Of a stretch of 37,188 nt of DNA, positions 25,871-34,598 are shown one piece after another. Made by a program: the position numbers and the translations under genes. The stretch's first letter is position 1. Each line of letters starts with the position of its first letter. The notes under the pieces were generated by a model. The model was given only the letters and a program-made list of their open reading frames with translations. It did not search any database and was not told the DNA's origin. Origin of the DNA: Beijerinckiaceae bacterium (lineage in GTDB: Bacteria; Pseudomonadota; Alphaproteobacteria; Rhizobiales; Beijerinckiaceae); contig DATLFZ010000304.1 of assembly GCA_035540795.1 (NCBI GenBank), forward strand, positions 1-37,188, in the 5' to 3' direction.

Positions 25871-26477
25871 CCTCGCCCCGGTCCCGTCCCTGCCGGAGGC
25901 CTTTTCCGGCCACCACGGCGCCGCCGGCACGCCGGGGGTGGTCCTCGCGGTCCGCGAGGGCCTCGCCGTTGCCGTCGTCGCGGCCCGGCGCGGGCGCGAG
26001 GCGGACGTCGCCGCCGCGGTCGAGCGGGCGCTCGGGCTGCGGCCATCGGAGGGGCCCAAGGCCGTCGCCGGCGGCGGGTCGGTCTGGATCGGCGCCGGCC
26101 CGGGCCAGTGGCTCGTCGTCGCCGAGGATGCGGACGACTTCGTCTCCGCCCTGACCGGCCGCCTCACCGGGCTCGCCGCCGTCACCGACCATTCCGACGG
26201 CCGGGTCGTGCTGCGGGTCTCCGGGCCCCGCGCCCGGGACGCCCTCGCCAAGGGTTTTGCCGTCGACCTCCACCCGCGCGCCTTCGCACCCGGGGACGCG
26301 GCGGCGACGCAGGCGGCCCATATCGGCGCGCAGATCTGGCAGGTCGACGACGCGCCGACCTACGACGTCGCCGTCGCCCGCTCCTATGCGGCGAGCTTCT
26401 GGTCTTGGCTCACCGCCTCCGCCGCCGAATTCGGCGCCGTGGTCGAACCCGTCAGCGGGGCGGCTCCGCCGCCGTGA
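25863..26477 (+). CDS. soxG: sarcosine oxidase subunit gamma
   Basis: [41 protein letters not shown]; last gene of the BDAG run. Confidence 0.9.
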   Translation: MPDLAPVPSLPEAFSGHHGAAGTPGVVLAVREGLAVAVVAARRGREADVAAAVERALGLRPSEGPKAVAGGGSVWIGAGPGQWLVVAEDADDFVSALTGRLTGLAAVTDHSDGRVVLRVSGPRARDALAKGFAVDLHPRAFAPGDAAATQAAHIGAQIWQVDDAPTYDVAVARSYAASFWSWLTASAAEFGAVVEPVSGAAPPP

Positions 26478-27234
26478 CCGGAGCGGCGCCGACCGGCGCC
26501 GCGCGGCGCCGGCGTGCCCGGCGGGACATCATGTTGAGCCCCTCGACCAGGGCCGAGAAGGCCATCGCGGCGTAGATGTAGCCCTTCGGCACGTGCACCC
26601 CGAAACCTTCCGCGATCAGGGTCATGCCGATCATCAGGAGGAAGCCGAGGGCGAGCATCACGATGGTCGGGTTGTCGTGGATGAAGCGGGCGAGCGGGTC
26701 GGCCGCGAGCAGCATCACCCCGACGGCGATGATCACCGCGATCACCATCACCGGCACGTAGGTGGTCATGCCGACGGCGGTGACGATGCTGTCGATCGAG
26801 AAGACGAGGTCGAGGAGCAGGATCTGCACGATCGCGGCGCCGAAGGTGAGGCTCGCCGCGCCGGTGTCGAACAGGTCGGGCCCGGGATCCGGGTCGACGT
26901 TGTGGTGGATCTCCTTCGTCGCCTTCCAGACCAGAAAGAGGCCGCCGGCGATCAGGATGAGGTCGCGCCAGGAGAAGGGGTGGCCGAAGGCCTGGAAGAT
27001 CGGCTGCGTCAGCTGCACGATCCAGGCGATGGTGGCGAGGAGCCCGAGCCGCATCACGAGGGCGAGCCCGATGCCGATCCGCCGCGCCCGGGCGCGCTGC
27101 GCCTCCGGCAGCTTGTTCGACAGGATCGAGATGAAGATGAGGTTGTCGATGCCGAGCACGACCTCCATCACGGTGAGCGTGAGGAGGGCGGCCCAGGCCT
27201 TCGGCTCGAGGGCGATCTGGAGGAGGGCGTCCAT
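26452..27234 (-). CDS. TerC family membrane protein
   Basis: [52 protein letters not shown]. Confidence 0.93.
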   Translation of the reverse strand: MDALLQIALEPKAWAALLTLTVMEVVLGIDNLIFISILSNKLPEAQRARARRIGIGLALVMRLGLLATIAWIVQLTQPIFQAFGHPFSWRDLILIAGGLFLVWKATKEIHHNVDPDPGPDLFDTGAASLTFGAAIVQILLLDLVFSIDSIVTAVGMTTYVPVMVIAVIIAVGVMLLAADPLARFIHDNPTIVMLALGFLLMIGMTLIAEGFGVHVPKGYIYAAMAFSALVEGLNMMSRRARRRRAAPVGAAPVTAAEPPR

Positions 27235-27289
27235 GGTCTCGTTCGGGTCGATGGTTCGGCGGGATGTGCTGCGGCAACTCTCCTCGCAC

Positions 27290-27314
27290 AACGGAGCGCG
27301 GAAGCATTCGTTGC
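27290..27314 (-). promoter_or_regulatory. possible EcfG/RpoE2-type ECF promoter of the TerC gene
   Basis: GCAAC-N16-CGTT, one mismatch to GGAAC-N16/17-CGTT, about 55 nt upstream of the ATG. Confidence 0.35.
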
Positions 27315-27393
27315 ATCCGCACCGGCGCAGCTCTCCAGGCGAGGCGCCCACGCCCCCGCGCGGACGGCGGGTCGCCGAAGGTGGGCGCGCGAT

Positions 27394-27685
27394 CCTTCTC
27401 CCGGCGGGAGAAGGTGGCGCGAAGCGCCGGACGAGGGGCGGACGGCGACGGAGGGGTGCGCCCCGTCGTGCCTCCTCCGGTGCCGTTTCTCCCCTCACCC
27501 GGTCGGCGCTGGCGCGCCGACTCGACCTCTCCCCGTTGGGAAGAGGTGCGCGTTCCCTCTCCCCGCTCGCGGGGAGAGGGTCGGGGTGAGGGGCCGGGTG
27601 AGCAGGTGCGACCTGTCCGGCGCGGCTCCGCCCTCACCCGGTCGCGCCTGCCGGCGCGACTCGACCTCTCCCCTGCGGGGAGAGG
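27394..27685. repeat. cluster of four REP/RIME-like palindromic units in alternating orientation
   Basis: Units at 27394-27438, 27491-27546, 27555-27593 and 27631-27685, each with a CCT(T)CTCCC...GGGAGA(A)GG-type hairpin plus a CCCTC(A/G)/(T/C)GAGGG end. Units 2 and 4 are near-identical. Confidence 0.85.
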
Positions 27686-27688
27686 TTC

Positions 27689-28585
27689 TTAGCGCTGCAT
27701 GCCCCAGCGCTGGACGGTGCGGCGCTCGATGGTGCGGAAGACGACGGATTCGACGAACAGGCCGATGAGGATCACCGCCAGCAGGCCCGAGAAGACCTTT
27801 GCCGTCTCGAGCTCGGCCCGGGCCTCGAAGATGTACCAGCCGAGGCCGCCGGAGCGGGACGAGACGCCGAAGACGAGCTCGGCGGCGATGAGCGTGCGCC
27901 AGGCGAAGGCCCAGCCGATCTTGAGGCCGGCGAGGATCGCCGGAAAGGCGGCCGGGATGAGCAGGAGGCAGACGTAGCGCGGCCCGCGCAGGCCGCAGTT
28001 GCGGCCGCTCATGCGCAGGGTCTCGGGCACGCTGCGGAAGCCGGTGAGCGTGTTGAGCGCCACCGCCCACAGGACCGAGTGGATGATCACGAAGACGAGC
28101 GACGGGGTGCCGAGGCCGAACCAGATCAGCGCGAGCGGCAGCAGCGCGATCGCCGGCAGCGGGTTGAACATCGCGGTCAGCGTCGACAACAGGTCCGAGC
28201 CGATGCGGGTCGACACCGCGAGCGTGGTCAGCACCGCGGCGATCAGCAGCCCGGCGGTGTAGCCGTAGGCCAGCGACTTGAGGGAGGTCGAGACCCGGTC
28301 GATCAGCGTCCCGTTGGCGATGTCGCGCCAGAAGGTCTCGAGCGTCTCGGTGAAGGAGGGGAACAGGAGCGGGTTGTTGAGGAAGCGCGCGTAAAGCTCC
28401 CAGATCAGCGCCAGCACGATCAGGATGGCGGCCCGCCGCGCCGCCTCGTTGTTGACGAGGCGCTCGGTCAGGGAGAGCGGGCGCTCGACGTCGCCGATGC
28501 CGGTGGCGTCGATCGGCTCGCGCTCGAACTCCGGCCGCTCGAGCGCGCCGCGGGCGAGGTCGCGGGGGAAGGCGGTGGCGGTCAC
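27689..28585 (-). CDS. NitT/TauT family ABC transporter permease
   Basis: GTG start overlapping the ATPase stop; NPLPAIALLPLALIWFGLG, GLKIGWAFAWRTLIAAEL, GGLGWYI. Confidence 0.92.
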   Translation of the reverse strand: MTATAFPRDLARGALERPEFEREPIDATGIGDVERPLSLTERLVNNEAARRAAILIVLALIWELYARFLNNPLLFPSFTETLETFWRDIANGTLIDRVSTSLKSLAYGYTAGLLIAAVLTTLAVSTRIGSDLLSTLTAMFNPLPAIALLPLALIWFGLGTPSLVFVIIHSVLWAVALNTLTGFRSVPETLRMSGRNCGLRGPRYVCLLLIPAAFPAILAGLKIGWAFAWRTLIAAELVFGVSSRSGGLGWYIFEARAELETAKVFSGLLAVILIGLFVESVVFRTIERRTVQRWGMQR

Positions 28586-29370
28586 GCGGCGGCCTCCTCG
28601 ACGGTCTCGACCTCGTCGCTGAACAACAGGCCGTGGATGCGCTTCGACAGGGCGCCGAAGGCGGGATGGTCGAGGTCGCCGGCGCCGAGCGCGCTCGCGT
28701 CGAGCTCGGCCCGGACCCGGCCCGGATGGGGGGACAGGACGAGGATGCGCGAGCCGATGATGATCGCCTCCTCGATCGAGTGGGTCACGAACAGCACGGT
28801 GAAGCGCAGCTGCTCCCACAGGGCGAGCAGTTCCTCCTGCATTTTGCGGCGGGTGAGCGCGTCCAGCGCCGCGAAAGGCTCGTCCATGAGGAGCACGTCG
28901 GGCTCGAGCGCCATCGCCCGGGCGATGGCGACGCGCATCTTCATGCCGCCGGACAGCATGTGCGGGTAGACGTCCCGGAACTTGGTGAGCTTGACCTTGT
29001 CGATGACGGAAAGCGCCCGCTCCTCCGCGTCGCGGCCGCGGAACTTGCCGGTCACCTTCATCGGGAAGAGCACGTTCTGCATGACGGTCTTCCAGGGCAT
29101 GAGCTGCTCGAACTCCTGGAACACCATCATCCGGTCGGGGCCGGGCGCCGCGACCTTGCGGCCGCGGATGCGGATCTCGCCCTCGACCGGGTCCATGAAG
29201 CCGCCGATCGCCTTGAGGATGGTGGACTTGCCGCAGCCGGACGGCCCGAGGATCACGTAGCGGTCGCCCTCGTGCACGGCGAAGTCGACCTTGTAGGTCG
29301 CGGTGACGAGGTGCTGCGGCGTCTTGTACTGGAGGGTGACGCCCTGCGCGTCGAGGAGGAGCGGCGACAA
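28582..29370 (-). CDS. NitT/TauT family ABC transporter ATP-binding protein
   Basis: GPSGCGKST, LSGGMKMR, LLMDEPFAALD, FVTHS; TTG start with AGGAG SD 7 nt upstream. Confidence 0.93.
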   Translation of the reverse strand: MSPLLLDAQGVTLQYKTPQHLVTATYKVDFAVHEGDRYVILGPSGCGKSTILKAIGGFMDPVEGEIRIRGRKVAAPGPDRMMVFQEFEQLMPWKTVMQNVLFPMKVTGKFRGRDAEERALSVIDKVKLTKFRDVYPHMLSGGMKMRVAIARAMALEPDVLLMDEPFAALDALTRRKMQEELLALWEQLRFTVLFVTHSIEEAIIIGSRILVLSPHPGRVRAELDASALGAGDLDHPAFGALSKRIHGLLFSDEVETVEEAAA

Positions 29371-29503
29371 CCGGGCGCTCCTAGCGGGTGTCGCGGGCGG
29401 CAAGCCCCGCGCCGGCGCCGATCGGCGAAGCCATGAGATCCTCCGGTTCGCGGCGCCTGTGGGCGACGCCTTGCCGGCACGGTAGAAGCGCCCGGAAGAG
29501 GGG

Positions 29504-29806
29504 TCAAGGAAGGGCGGCCCGCAGCACCACCACCGCGGCGACGCCGACCGCGATGGTCGCGAGGAGCGGCAGGCGCAGGGCGGCGAGGGCGGTGACGAGG
29601 GCGGCGAGGGTCTCGGCCCAGCCGGTGGCGAAAGCGGTCGGGGCCACGACCGCGATCAGCACGGCGGCGGGGATCGCGTCGAAGGCGGCCTTGACCCGGC
29701 CCGCGAGCACGAGCCGGTCGGCCACGAACAGGCCGGCGATGCGGGTGGCGTAGGTCACCGCCGCCATGATCAGGATGGCGGCGAAGGTCGCGGGATCGAG
29801 GCTCAT
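29504..29806 (-). CDS. azlD: AzlD family membrane protein
   Basis: ILIMAAVTYATRIAG...AIPAAVLIAVVAP; ATGA overlap with azlC. Confidence 0.85.
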   Translation of the reverse strand: MSLDPATFAAILIMAAVTYATRIAGLFVADRLVLAGRVKAAFDAIPAAVLIAVVAPTAFATGWAETLAALVTALAALRLPLLATIAVGVAAVVVLRAALP

Positions 29807-30555
29807 GCGTCCTCCCGGGCCGGGGCGCGGGGCGCGCGGATGGGCGACGGGTCCTGCGGCGCCATGTCCTGCGGCCGGGCGAAGAGCGCCGCCGCCAGAA
29901 TGCCGGCGAAGGCGCCCGCGAGGACGTGCCAGGGCGAGCCCACGGTCACATGGACGAGGGCGGCGCAGGCGCCGCTCGCCGCCACGGTCACGGCGGTGAT
30001 GCGGCCCTTGTTGAACCCGGCGACGAGGCCGATGAACAGGGCCGTGAAGGCGAAGTCGGCCCCGTAGCGCGCGGGATCGCCGAGGAGCGCCCCGGCCACG
30101 GCGCCGAGGGCCGAGGAGCCGACCCAGGCGACCGGCAGGGTCGCCGCCATCGCGAACCAGTAGGTCGGCGTCAGCGGGGTCGAGAGGGCCCGCTTCTCCG
30201 CGAGCGCCCAGGCCTCGTCGGTGAGGAAGAACATCCCGAGGAGGCGGGCGCGACCGGGAAAGCGCGCCAGCTTGGGGGCGAGGGAGGCGCTCATCAGCAC
30301 GTGGCGGGCGTTGATGAGGGCGGTCGAGAAGGCGAGCGTCCAGATCGGCACCGGATAGACCCACAGCTCGACCGCCGCGAACTGCGCGCCCCCCGCGAAG
30401 ACGAGGAGCGACATCAGGGCCACCTCGAGCACCGACAGGCCCTTGCCGGCGGCCACCGCCCCGAACAGGGCGCCGATCGGCAGGCAGGCGATCATCACCG
30501 GGGCGATGTCGCGCAGGCCGGCGCGGATGTCGGGGGAGACGAGAAGGCGTCGCAT
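29803..30555 (-). CDS. azlC: AzlC family branched-chain amino acid exporter permease
   Basis: MSLLVFAGGAQF, INARHVLMSASL, FFLTDEAWA, GADFAFTALF. Confidence 0.9.
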   Translation of the reverse strand: MRRLLVSPDIRAGLRDIAPVMIACLPIGALFGAVAAGKGLSVLEVALMSLLVFAGGAQFAAVELWVYPVPIWTLAFSTALINARHVLMSASLAPKLARFPGRARLLGMFFLTDEAWALAEKRALSTPLTPTYWFAMAATLPVAWVGSSALGAVAGALLGDPARYGADFAFTALFIGLVAGFNKGRITAVTVAASGACAALVHVTVGSPWHVLAGAFAGILAAALFARPQDMAPQDPSPIRAPRAPAREDA

Positions 30556-30581
30556 GGGGCGGAGATGGCGGGTCGCGGCGC

Positions 30582-30601
30582 GGCCGTCTTGGATGAAAGT
30601 G
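30582..30601 (-). promoter_or_regulatory. putative AraC operator/-35 region of azlC
   Basis: CACTTTCATCCAAGACGGCC, 19/20 identical to 31492-31511. Confidence 0.65.
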
Positions 30602-30605
30602 CGGC

Positions 30606-31466
30606 TCAGGCGGCGCGGTAGACGCCCGGCGTCACGCCCATGCGGGCCTTGAAGACGCGGTTCAAGTGGCTCTGGTCGAAGAAGCCGCACGCCGCGGCGA
30701 CGGCGCCCGGCGCCTCCCCCCGCTCGAGCCGGCGGCTCGCGGCGCGGAAGCGGCGGTCGATCTGGTAGGCGTGCGGCGTGACCCCGACCTCCCGGCGGAA
30801 GGCGCGGATGAGATGGGCCCGGGACAGGCCGGCGATGCGGGCGAGTTCCGCGAGCCCGACCTCCTCCGCGAAGCGTTCGTCGAGGACTTCGCGGGCCCGG
30901 GCCACCGCCCGGGTCTCCCGGCCAGACGGCGGGGCCGCGGCCGGATCCGCGTAGCGACCGATCAGTTGGGTCAGGAAGGCGACGAGGCGCACGTCCTGCT
31001 CGAGCGCCGAGGCGGGGCTTTCGTCCGGGCGCAGTGCCGCGTGGAGCCGGGCGAGCGAGGCCGCGAGCGCCGGGTCGTGGATGACCGAATCCCGGAACCA
31101 GGGCGGGCCCGGGAGGGGGCGCCCGGCCAGGTCCTCGGCGATCTCCTGCATCAGCGCTGCCGAGGGATAGAACGTCCGGTACACGAACCCGCCCCCGTGC
31201 GGCGCCCCGTCGTGGAGCTCGTCCGGGCAGACGACCGCGACCGAGCCGGCCGGCGCAAAATGCTGCGCGCCGCGGTGGAAGAAGGTCTCGCAGCCGGCGA
31301 CGATCGCGGCGATCGCGTAGGTCTCGTGGGTGTGGCGGGCATAGGCGTAGCGGCGGAAGGTGGCCCGCAGGAACTCGAGGCCGCGGTGGCGCCGCACGCG
31401 CCAGAACACGGCGCTGTCGCCGGAGCGCGCGGCCTCGAGGGCGAATTCGGGGGAGATCGACGCCAT
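30606..31466 (-). CDS. AraC family transcriptional regulator (cupin sensor + HTH)
   Basis: YARHTHETYAI, PDELHDG, LSRAHLIRAFRREVGVTPHAY, GFFDQSHLNRVFK. Confidence 0.93.
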   Translation of the reverse strand: MASISPEFALEAARSGDSAVFWRVRRHRGLEFLRATFRRYAYARHTHETYAIAAIVAGCETFFHRGAQHFAPAGSVAVVCPDELHDGAPHGGGFVYRTFYPSAALMQEIAEDLAGRPLPGPPWFRDSVIHDPALAASLARLHAALRPDESPASALEQDVRLVAFLTQLIGRYADPAAAPPSGRETRAVARAREVLDERFAEEVGLAELARIAGLSRAHLIRAFRREVGVTPHAYQIDRRFRAASRRLERGEAPGAVAAACGFFDQSHLNRVFKARMGVTPGVYRAA

Positions 31467-31491
31467 GCCCGATCCTGACACGGCGTCCGCG

Positions 31492-31511
31492 GGCCGTCTT
31501 GGACGAAAGTG
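31492..31511 (-). promoter_or_regulatory. putative AraC operator/-35 region of the regulator gene itself
   Basis: CACTTTCGTCCAAGACGGCC, at nearly the same distance from its ATG as the azlC copy. Confidence 0.65.
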
Positions 31512-31627
31512 ACCGGGCCCGGAACGGTTCCGGAAGCTTGGGAATTGTACCCGTCAGCGGGTGACGCCTGCGACCAAGTGTGGCATCGTCCGCCACCTTG
31601 TCGATCCGTCGGGCGGGAGGCGGTGAC

Positions 31628-32023
31628 GTGAGTATCGAAGCCGCCGCTCTCGGCCGCGACCCGGCCCCCGGTCGGACGGTCCTGCTGGTGGAAGACGAGG
31701 TCCTCGTGCGCATCGCGCTCGCGGACGAACTGCGCGACATGGGCCTCGCCGTTCTCGAAGCGTCGACCGCGGACGAGGCCCTGCGCATCCTCCAGGCGGC
31801 GGTCCCGATCGACCTGGTCCTCACCGACGTGCACATGCCGGGCAGCCTCGACGGCCTCGGCCTCGCGGCGCGGCTGCGGGCGGACCATCCCGGAGTCAAG
31901 GTGGTCGTCGCCTCCGGGCACCTGCCGGCGGACGTGGCCGCCCGGCACGACCTCGACGGCTTCTTCGAAAAGCCCTTCGCCTTCGCCACCCTCGCCCGTC
32001 AGCTTCGCGACATGCTCGGGTGA
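31628..32023 (+). CDS. single-domain response regulator
   Basis: VLLVEDE, LTDVHMPG, VVASG, EKPF; SD GGAGG before GTG 31628. Confidence 0.9.
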   Translation: MSIEAAALGRDPAPGRTVLLVEDEVLVRIALADELRDMGLAVLEASTADEALRILQAAVPIDLVLTDVHMPGSLDGLGLAARLRADHPGVKVVVASGHLPADVAARHDLDGFFEKPFAFATLARQLRDMLG

Positions 32024-32055
32024 AACCGGCTTGGCCGTAACGGCGTTCTGCAAGC

Positions 32056-32469
32056 GTGACCGCAGACACGTCCACCGTCGCGCCCGGGAAGCCGCCCAGC
32101 GTCCTCGTCGTGGAGGACGAGGTGCTGGTCCGGCTCGTCATCGCCGAGTACCTGCGCCTGTGCGGGTACCGGGTGCTCGAGGCCGCCAACGCCGACGAGG
32201 CGGTCCTCGTCCTCAAGCATCCGGATTTCGGGATCGGGGTGGTGTTCACGGACGTGGACATGCCGGGCTCGATGGACGGGTTCGGCCTCGCCCGCTGGGT
32301 GCGCCGGCACCGGCCGGGCCTCGCCGTGGTGCTCGCGGGCACCCTCGCCCGGGCCGCGGAGGCCGCCGGCGAACTGTGCCAGGAAGGCCCGGCGATGGCC
32401 AAGCCCTACGAGCCGCAGGCGGTCGCCGACCGCATCCGGCGCCTGCTCGCGACGCAGGACCTCTCCTGA
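32056..32469 (+). CDS. single-domain response regulator (atypical beta4 loop)
   Basis: [19 protein letters not shown]. Confidence 0.88.
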   Translation: MTADTSTVAPGKPPSVLVVEDEVLVRLVIAEYLRLCGYRVLEAANADEAVLVLKHPDFGIGVVFTDVDMPGSMDGFGLARWVRRHRPGLAVVLAGTLARAAEAAGELCQEGPAMAKPYEPQAVADRIRRLLATQDLS

Positions 32470-32534
32470 GCCGCAGGGGTGGGCCGGGCGCCCGTCCGGT
32501 GCTATGGAGGGCCGTGCCCGAACACGGATCGCCG

Positions 32535-33092
32535 GTGACCCATTCGCTCCACGCGCACGGCGCGAACGACGCGCCCGGTGCGCACGACGCCCACGGCGCG
32601 CACGACGCCCATGCGGGCTGCGCCCATGCGGCCGAGCGCTCGGCCCGGGCCGCCGAGGCCCTCGGCGCGGCCGAGGCCGCCTGCCGCGCCCGCGGCGTGC
32701 GCCTGACGCCGATCCGGCGCGGCGTGCTCGCGGCGCTGCACGCCACGCACCGGCCGCTCGGGGCCTACGACATCGCCGAGCGGCTCGCGGGGGAGGGGTC
32801 GCGCAAGCTCGCCCCGATCACCGTCTACCGGGCGCTGGAGTTCCTGATGGCGGAGGGGCTGGTCCACCGGCTCGCGAGCCGCAACGCCTTCGTCGCCTGC
32901 CCGCACGGCCACGCCCACCACGACCTCGTCGGGTTCCTGATCTGCGACGATTGCGGCGGCGTCGACGAGATCGCCTCGCGCGGGCTCGCGCAGAGCCTCG
33001 CCCACGTCCTGCGGGAGGAGGGGTTCGAGCCCCGCCTCCAGGTCCTCGAAATCTCGGGCCTGTGCGCCCATTGCCGCGCGCCCGCCGCTTGA
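32535..33092 (+). CDS. zur: Fur family regulator, Zur-like, with His-rich N-terminus (alternative start 32514)
   Basis: [51 protein letters not shown]. Confidence 0.82.
   Translation: MTHSLHAHGANDAPGAHDAHGAHDAHAGCAHAAERSARAAEALGAAEAACRARGVRLTPIRRGVLAALHATHRPLGAYDIAERLAGEGSRKLAPITVYRALEFLMAEGLVHRLASRNAFVACPHGHAHHDLVGFLICDDCGGVDEIASRGLAQSLAHVLREEGFEPRLQVLEISGLCAHCRAPAA
32556..32609 (+). repeat. three 18-bp in-frame tandem repeats encoding (H/P)GA(N/H)DA
   Basis: CACGGCGCGAACGACGCG / CCCGGTGCGCACGACGCC / CACGGCGCGCACGACGCC. Confidence 0.7.
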
Positions 33093-33142
33093 CGCGTCCG
33101 GGCCAAGACCACAGCTACCCCGAGGCGGATCGGCCGGAAAAA

Positions 33143-34399
33143 ATGCTCTCTTCCCTCGACCATGCCGGGCCGGCGGCCCGGAAAGCGACCGTTGCCGTCC
33201 GCATCGGCTCCGTCACCATGGGCGGCGGCGCGCCCATCGTCGTGCAGTCGATGACCAACACCGATACGGCGGACGTCGCCGCGACGGCGGCGCAGGTCGC
33301 GGCGCTGGCCCGCGCCGGATCCGAGGTCGTGCGGGTCACCGTCGACCGGGCCGAGGCCGCCGCCGCCGTGCCGCACATCCGCGACCGGGTTCGGGCGATG
33401 GGGATCGAGGTCCCCCTCGTCGGCGACTTCCACTACATCGGCCACCAGCTCCTCGCCGACCATCCCGCCTGCGCCGAGGCCCTCGACAAGTACCGCATCA
33501 ACCCGGGCAACGTCGGCTTCAAGGACAAGAAGGACCGGCAGTTCGGCGCCATCGTCGAGATGGCGATCCGGCACGACAAGGCGGTGCGCATCGGCGCCAA
33601 TTGGGGCTCCCTCGACCAGGAGCTCCTGACCCACCTGATGGACCGCAACGCCCGCGCGGCGCGGCCGCTCGACGCCCGCGCCGTCACCCGGGAGGCCATG
33701 GTCCAATCGGCGCTCCTCTCGGCCGAACGGGCCGAGGAGATCGGGCTTCCCCGCGACCGCATCGTCCTGTCGGCGAAGGTCTCGGCCGTGCAGGACTTGA
33801 TCGCCGTCTACCGGGCGCTCTCCCGGCGTTCCGACTACGCCCTGCATCTCGGCCTGACCGAGGCCGGCATGGGCACGAAGGGCATCGTCGCCTCCTCCGC
33901 CGCCATGGGCGTGCTCCTGCAGGAGGGGATCGGCGACACCATCCGCTACTCCCTGACGCCGGAGCCCGGCGGCGACCGCACCGTCGAGGTGCGCGCCGCG
34001 CAGGAGCTCCTGCAGACGATGGGCTTTCGCGCCTTCGCGCCGCTCGTCGCCGCCTGTCCGGGCTGCGGGCGCACCACCTCGACCGTGTTCCAGGAGCTCG
34101 CCCGCGACATCCAGGACTGGATCGCCGCCTCGATGCCGGAATGGCGGCGCGCCTATCCGGGGGTCGAGACGCTGAACATCGCCGTCATGGGCTGCATCGT
34201 GAACGGGCCGGGGGAGTCGAAGCACGCCGATATCGGCATCTCCCTCCCGGGAACGGGGGAGAGCCCGGTCGCGCCGGTCTTCGTCGACGGGCAGAAGATC
34301 ATGACCCTGCGCGGGCCGACCATCGCCGCCGACTTCAAGGGCGTGGTGCAGGACTACATCGCCCGCCGCTTCGGCTGCGCCCGCACCGCGGCGCAGTGA
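33143..34399 (+). CDS. ispG: (E)-4-hydroxy-3-methylbut-2-enyl-diphosphate synthase
   Basis: [50 protein letters not shown]. Confidence 0.96.
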   Translation: MLSSLDHAGPAARKATVAVRIGSVTMGGGAPIVVQSMTNTDTADVAATAAQVAALARAGSEVVRVTVDRAEAAAAVPHIRDRVRAMGIEVPLVGDFHYIGHQLLADHPACAEALDKYRINPGNVGFKDKKDRQFGAIVEMAIRHDKAVRIGANWGSLDQELLTHLMDRNARAARPLDARAVTREAMVQSALLSAERAEEIGLPRDRIVLSAKVSAVQDLIAVYRALSRRSDYALHLGLTEAGMGTKGIVASSAAMGVLLQEGIGDTIRYSLTPEPGGDRTVEVRAAQELLQTMGFRAFAPLVAACPGCGRTTSTVFQELARDIQDWIAASMPEWRRAYPGVETLNIAVMGCIVNGPGESKHADIGISLPGTGESPVAPVFVDGQKIMTLRGPTIAADFKGVVQDYIARRFGCARTAAQ

Positions 34400-34598
34400 C
34401 CCGCCCCCGCGATTCCCGCATGGTGCCCTGACGTAAAGGGCGGCGGAGGCCCCGTTTCGCGCCGCTGCGGCCTGTGCTAGAGACCGCGCCGCGCCGGGGC
34501 CGAGCGGCCGCCGAAGAAGACCGAAGGACCGCTCCCGCACCGACGGAGCCTGCCCGGGCCCACGACCCTCCGGGCGATCCAACGAACAGCATCCCTCC

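Noticed and set aside
26452-26477. 26-bp convergent overlap of soxG and the TerC gene
   Set aside because: Ordinary tail-to-tail overlap of low-complexity C-termini.
27235-27345. yybP-ykoY Mn riboswitch upstream of the TerC gene
   Set aside because: Only faint GGAGAGTTGCC and GAGACC similarity about 50 nt apart; too short and lacking the core loop.
27394-27685. CRISPR array or IS ends
   Set aside because: The units are unequal, inverted relative to each other and irregularly spaced, with no cas or transposase gene. A REP cluster fits better.
34400-34598. c-di-AMP (ydaO) or other riboswitch upstream of kup
   Set aside because: No recognisable conserved ydaO segments and no terminator.
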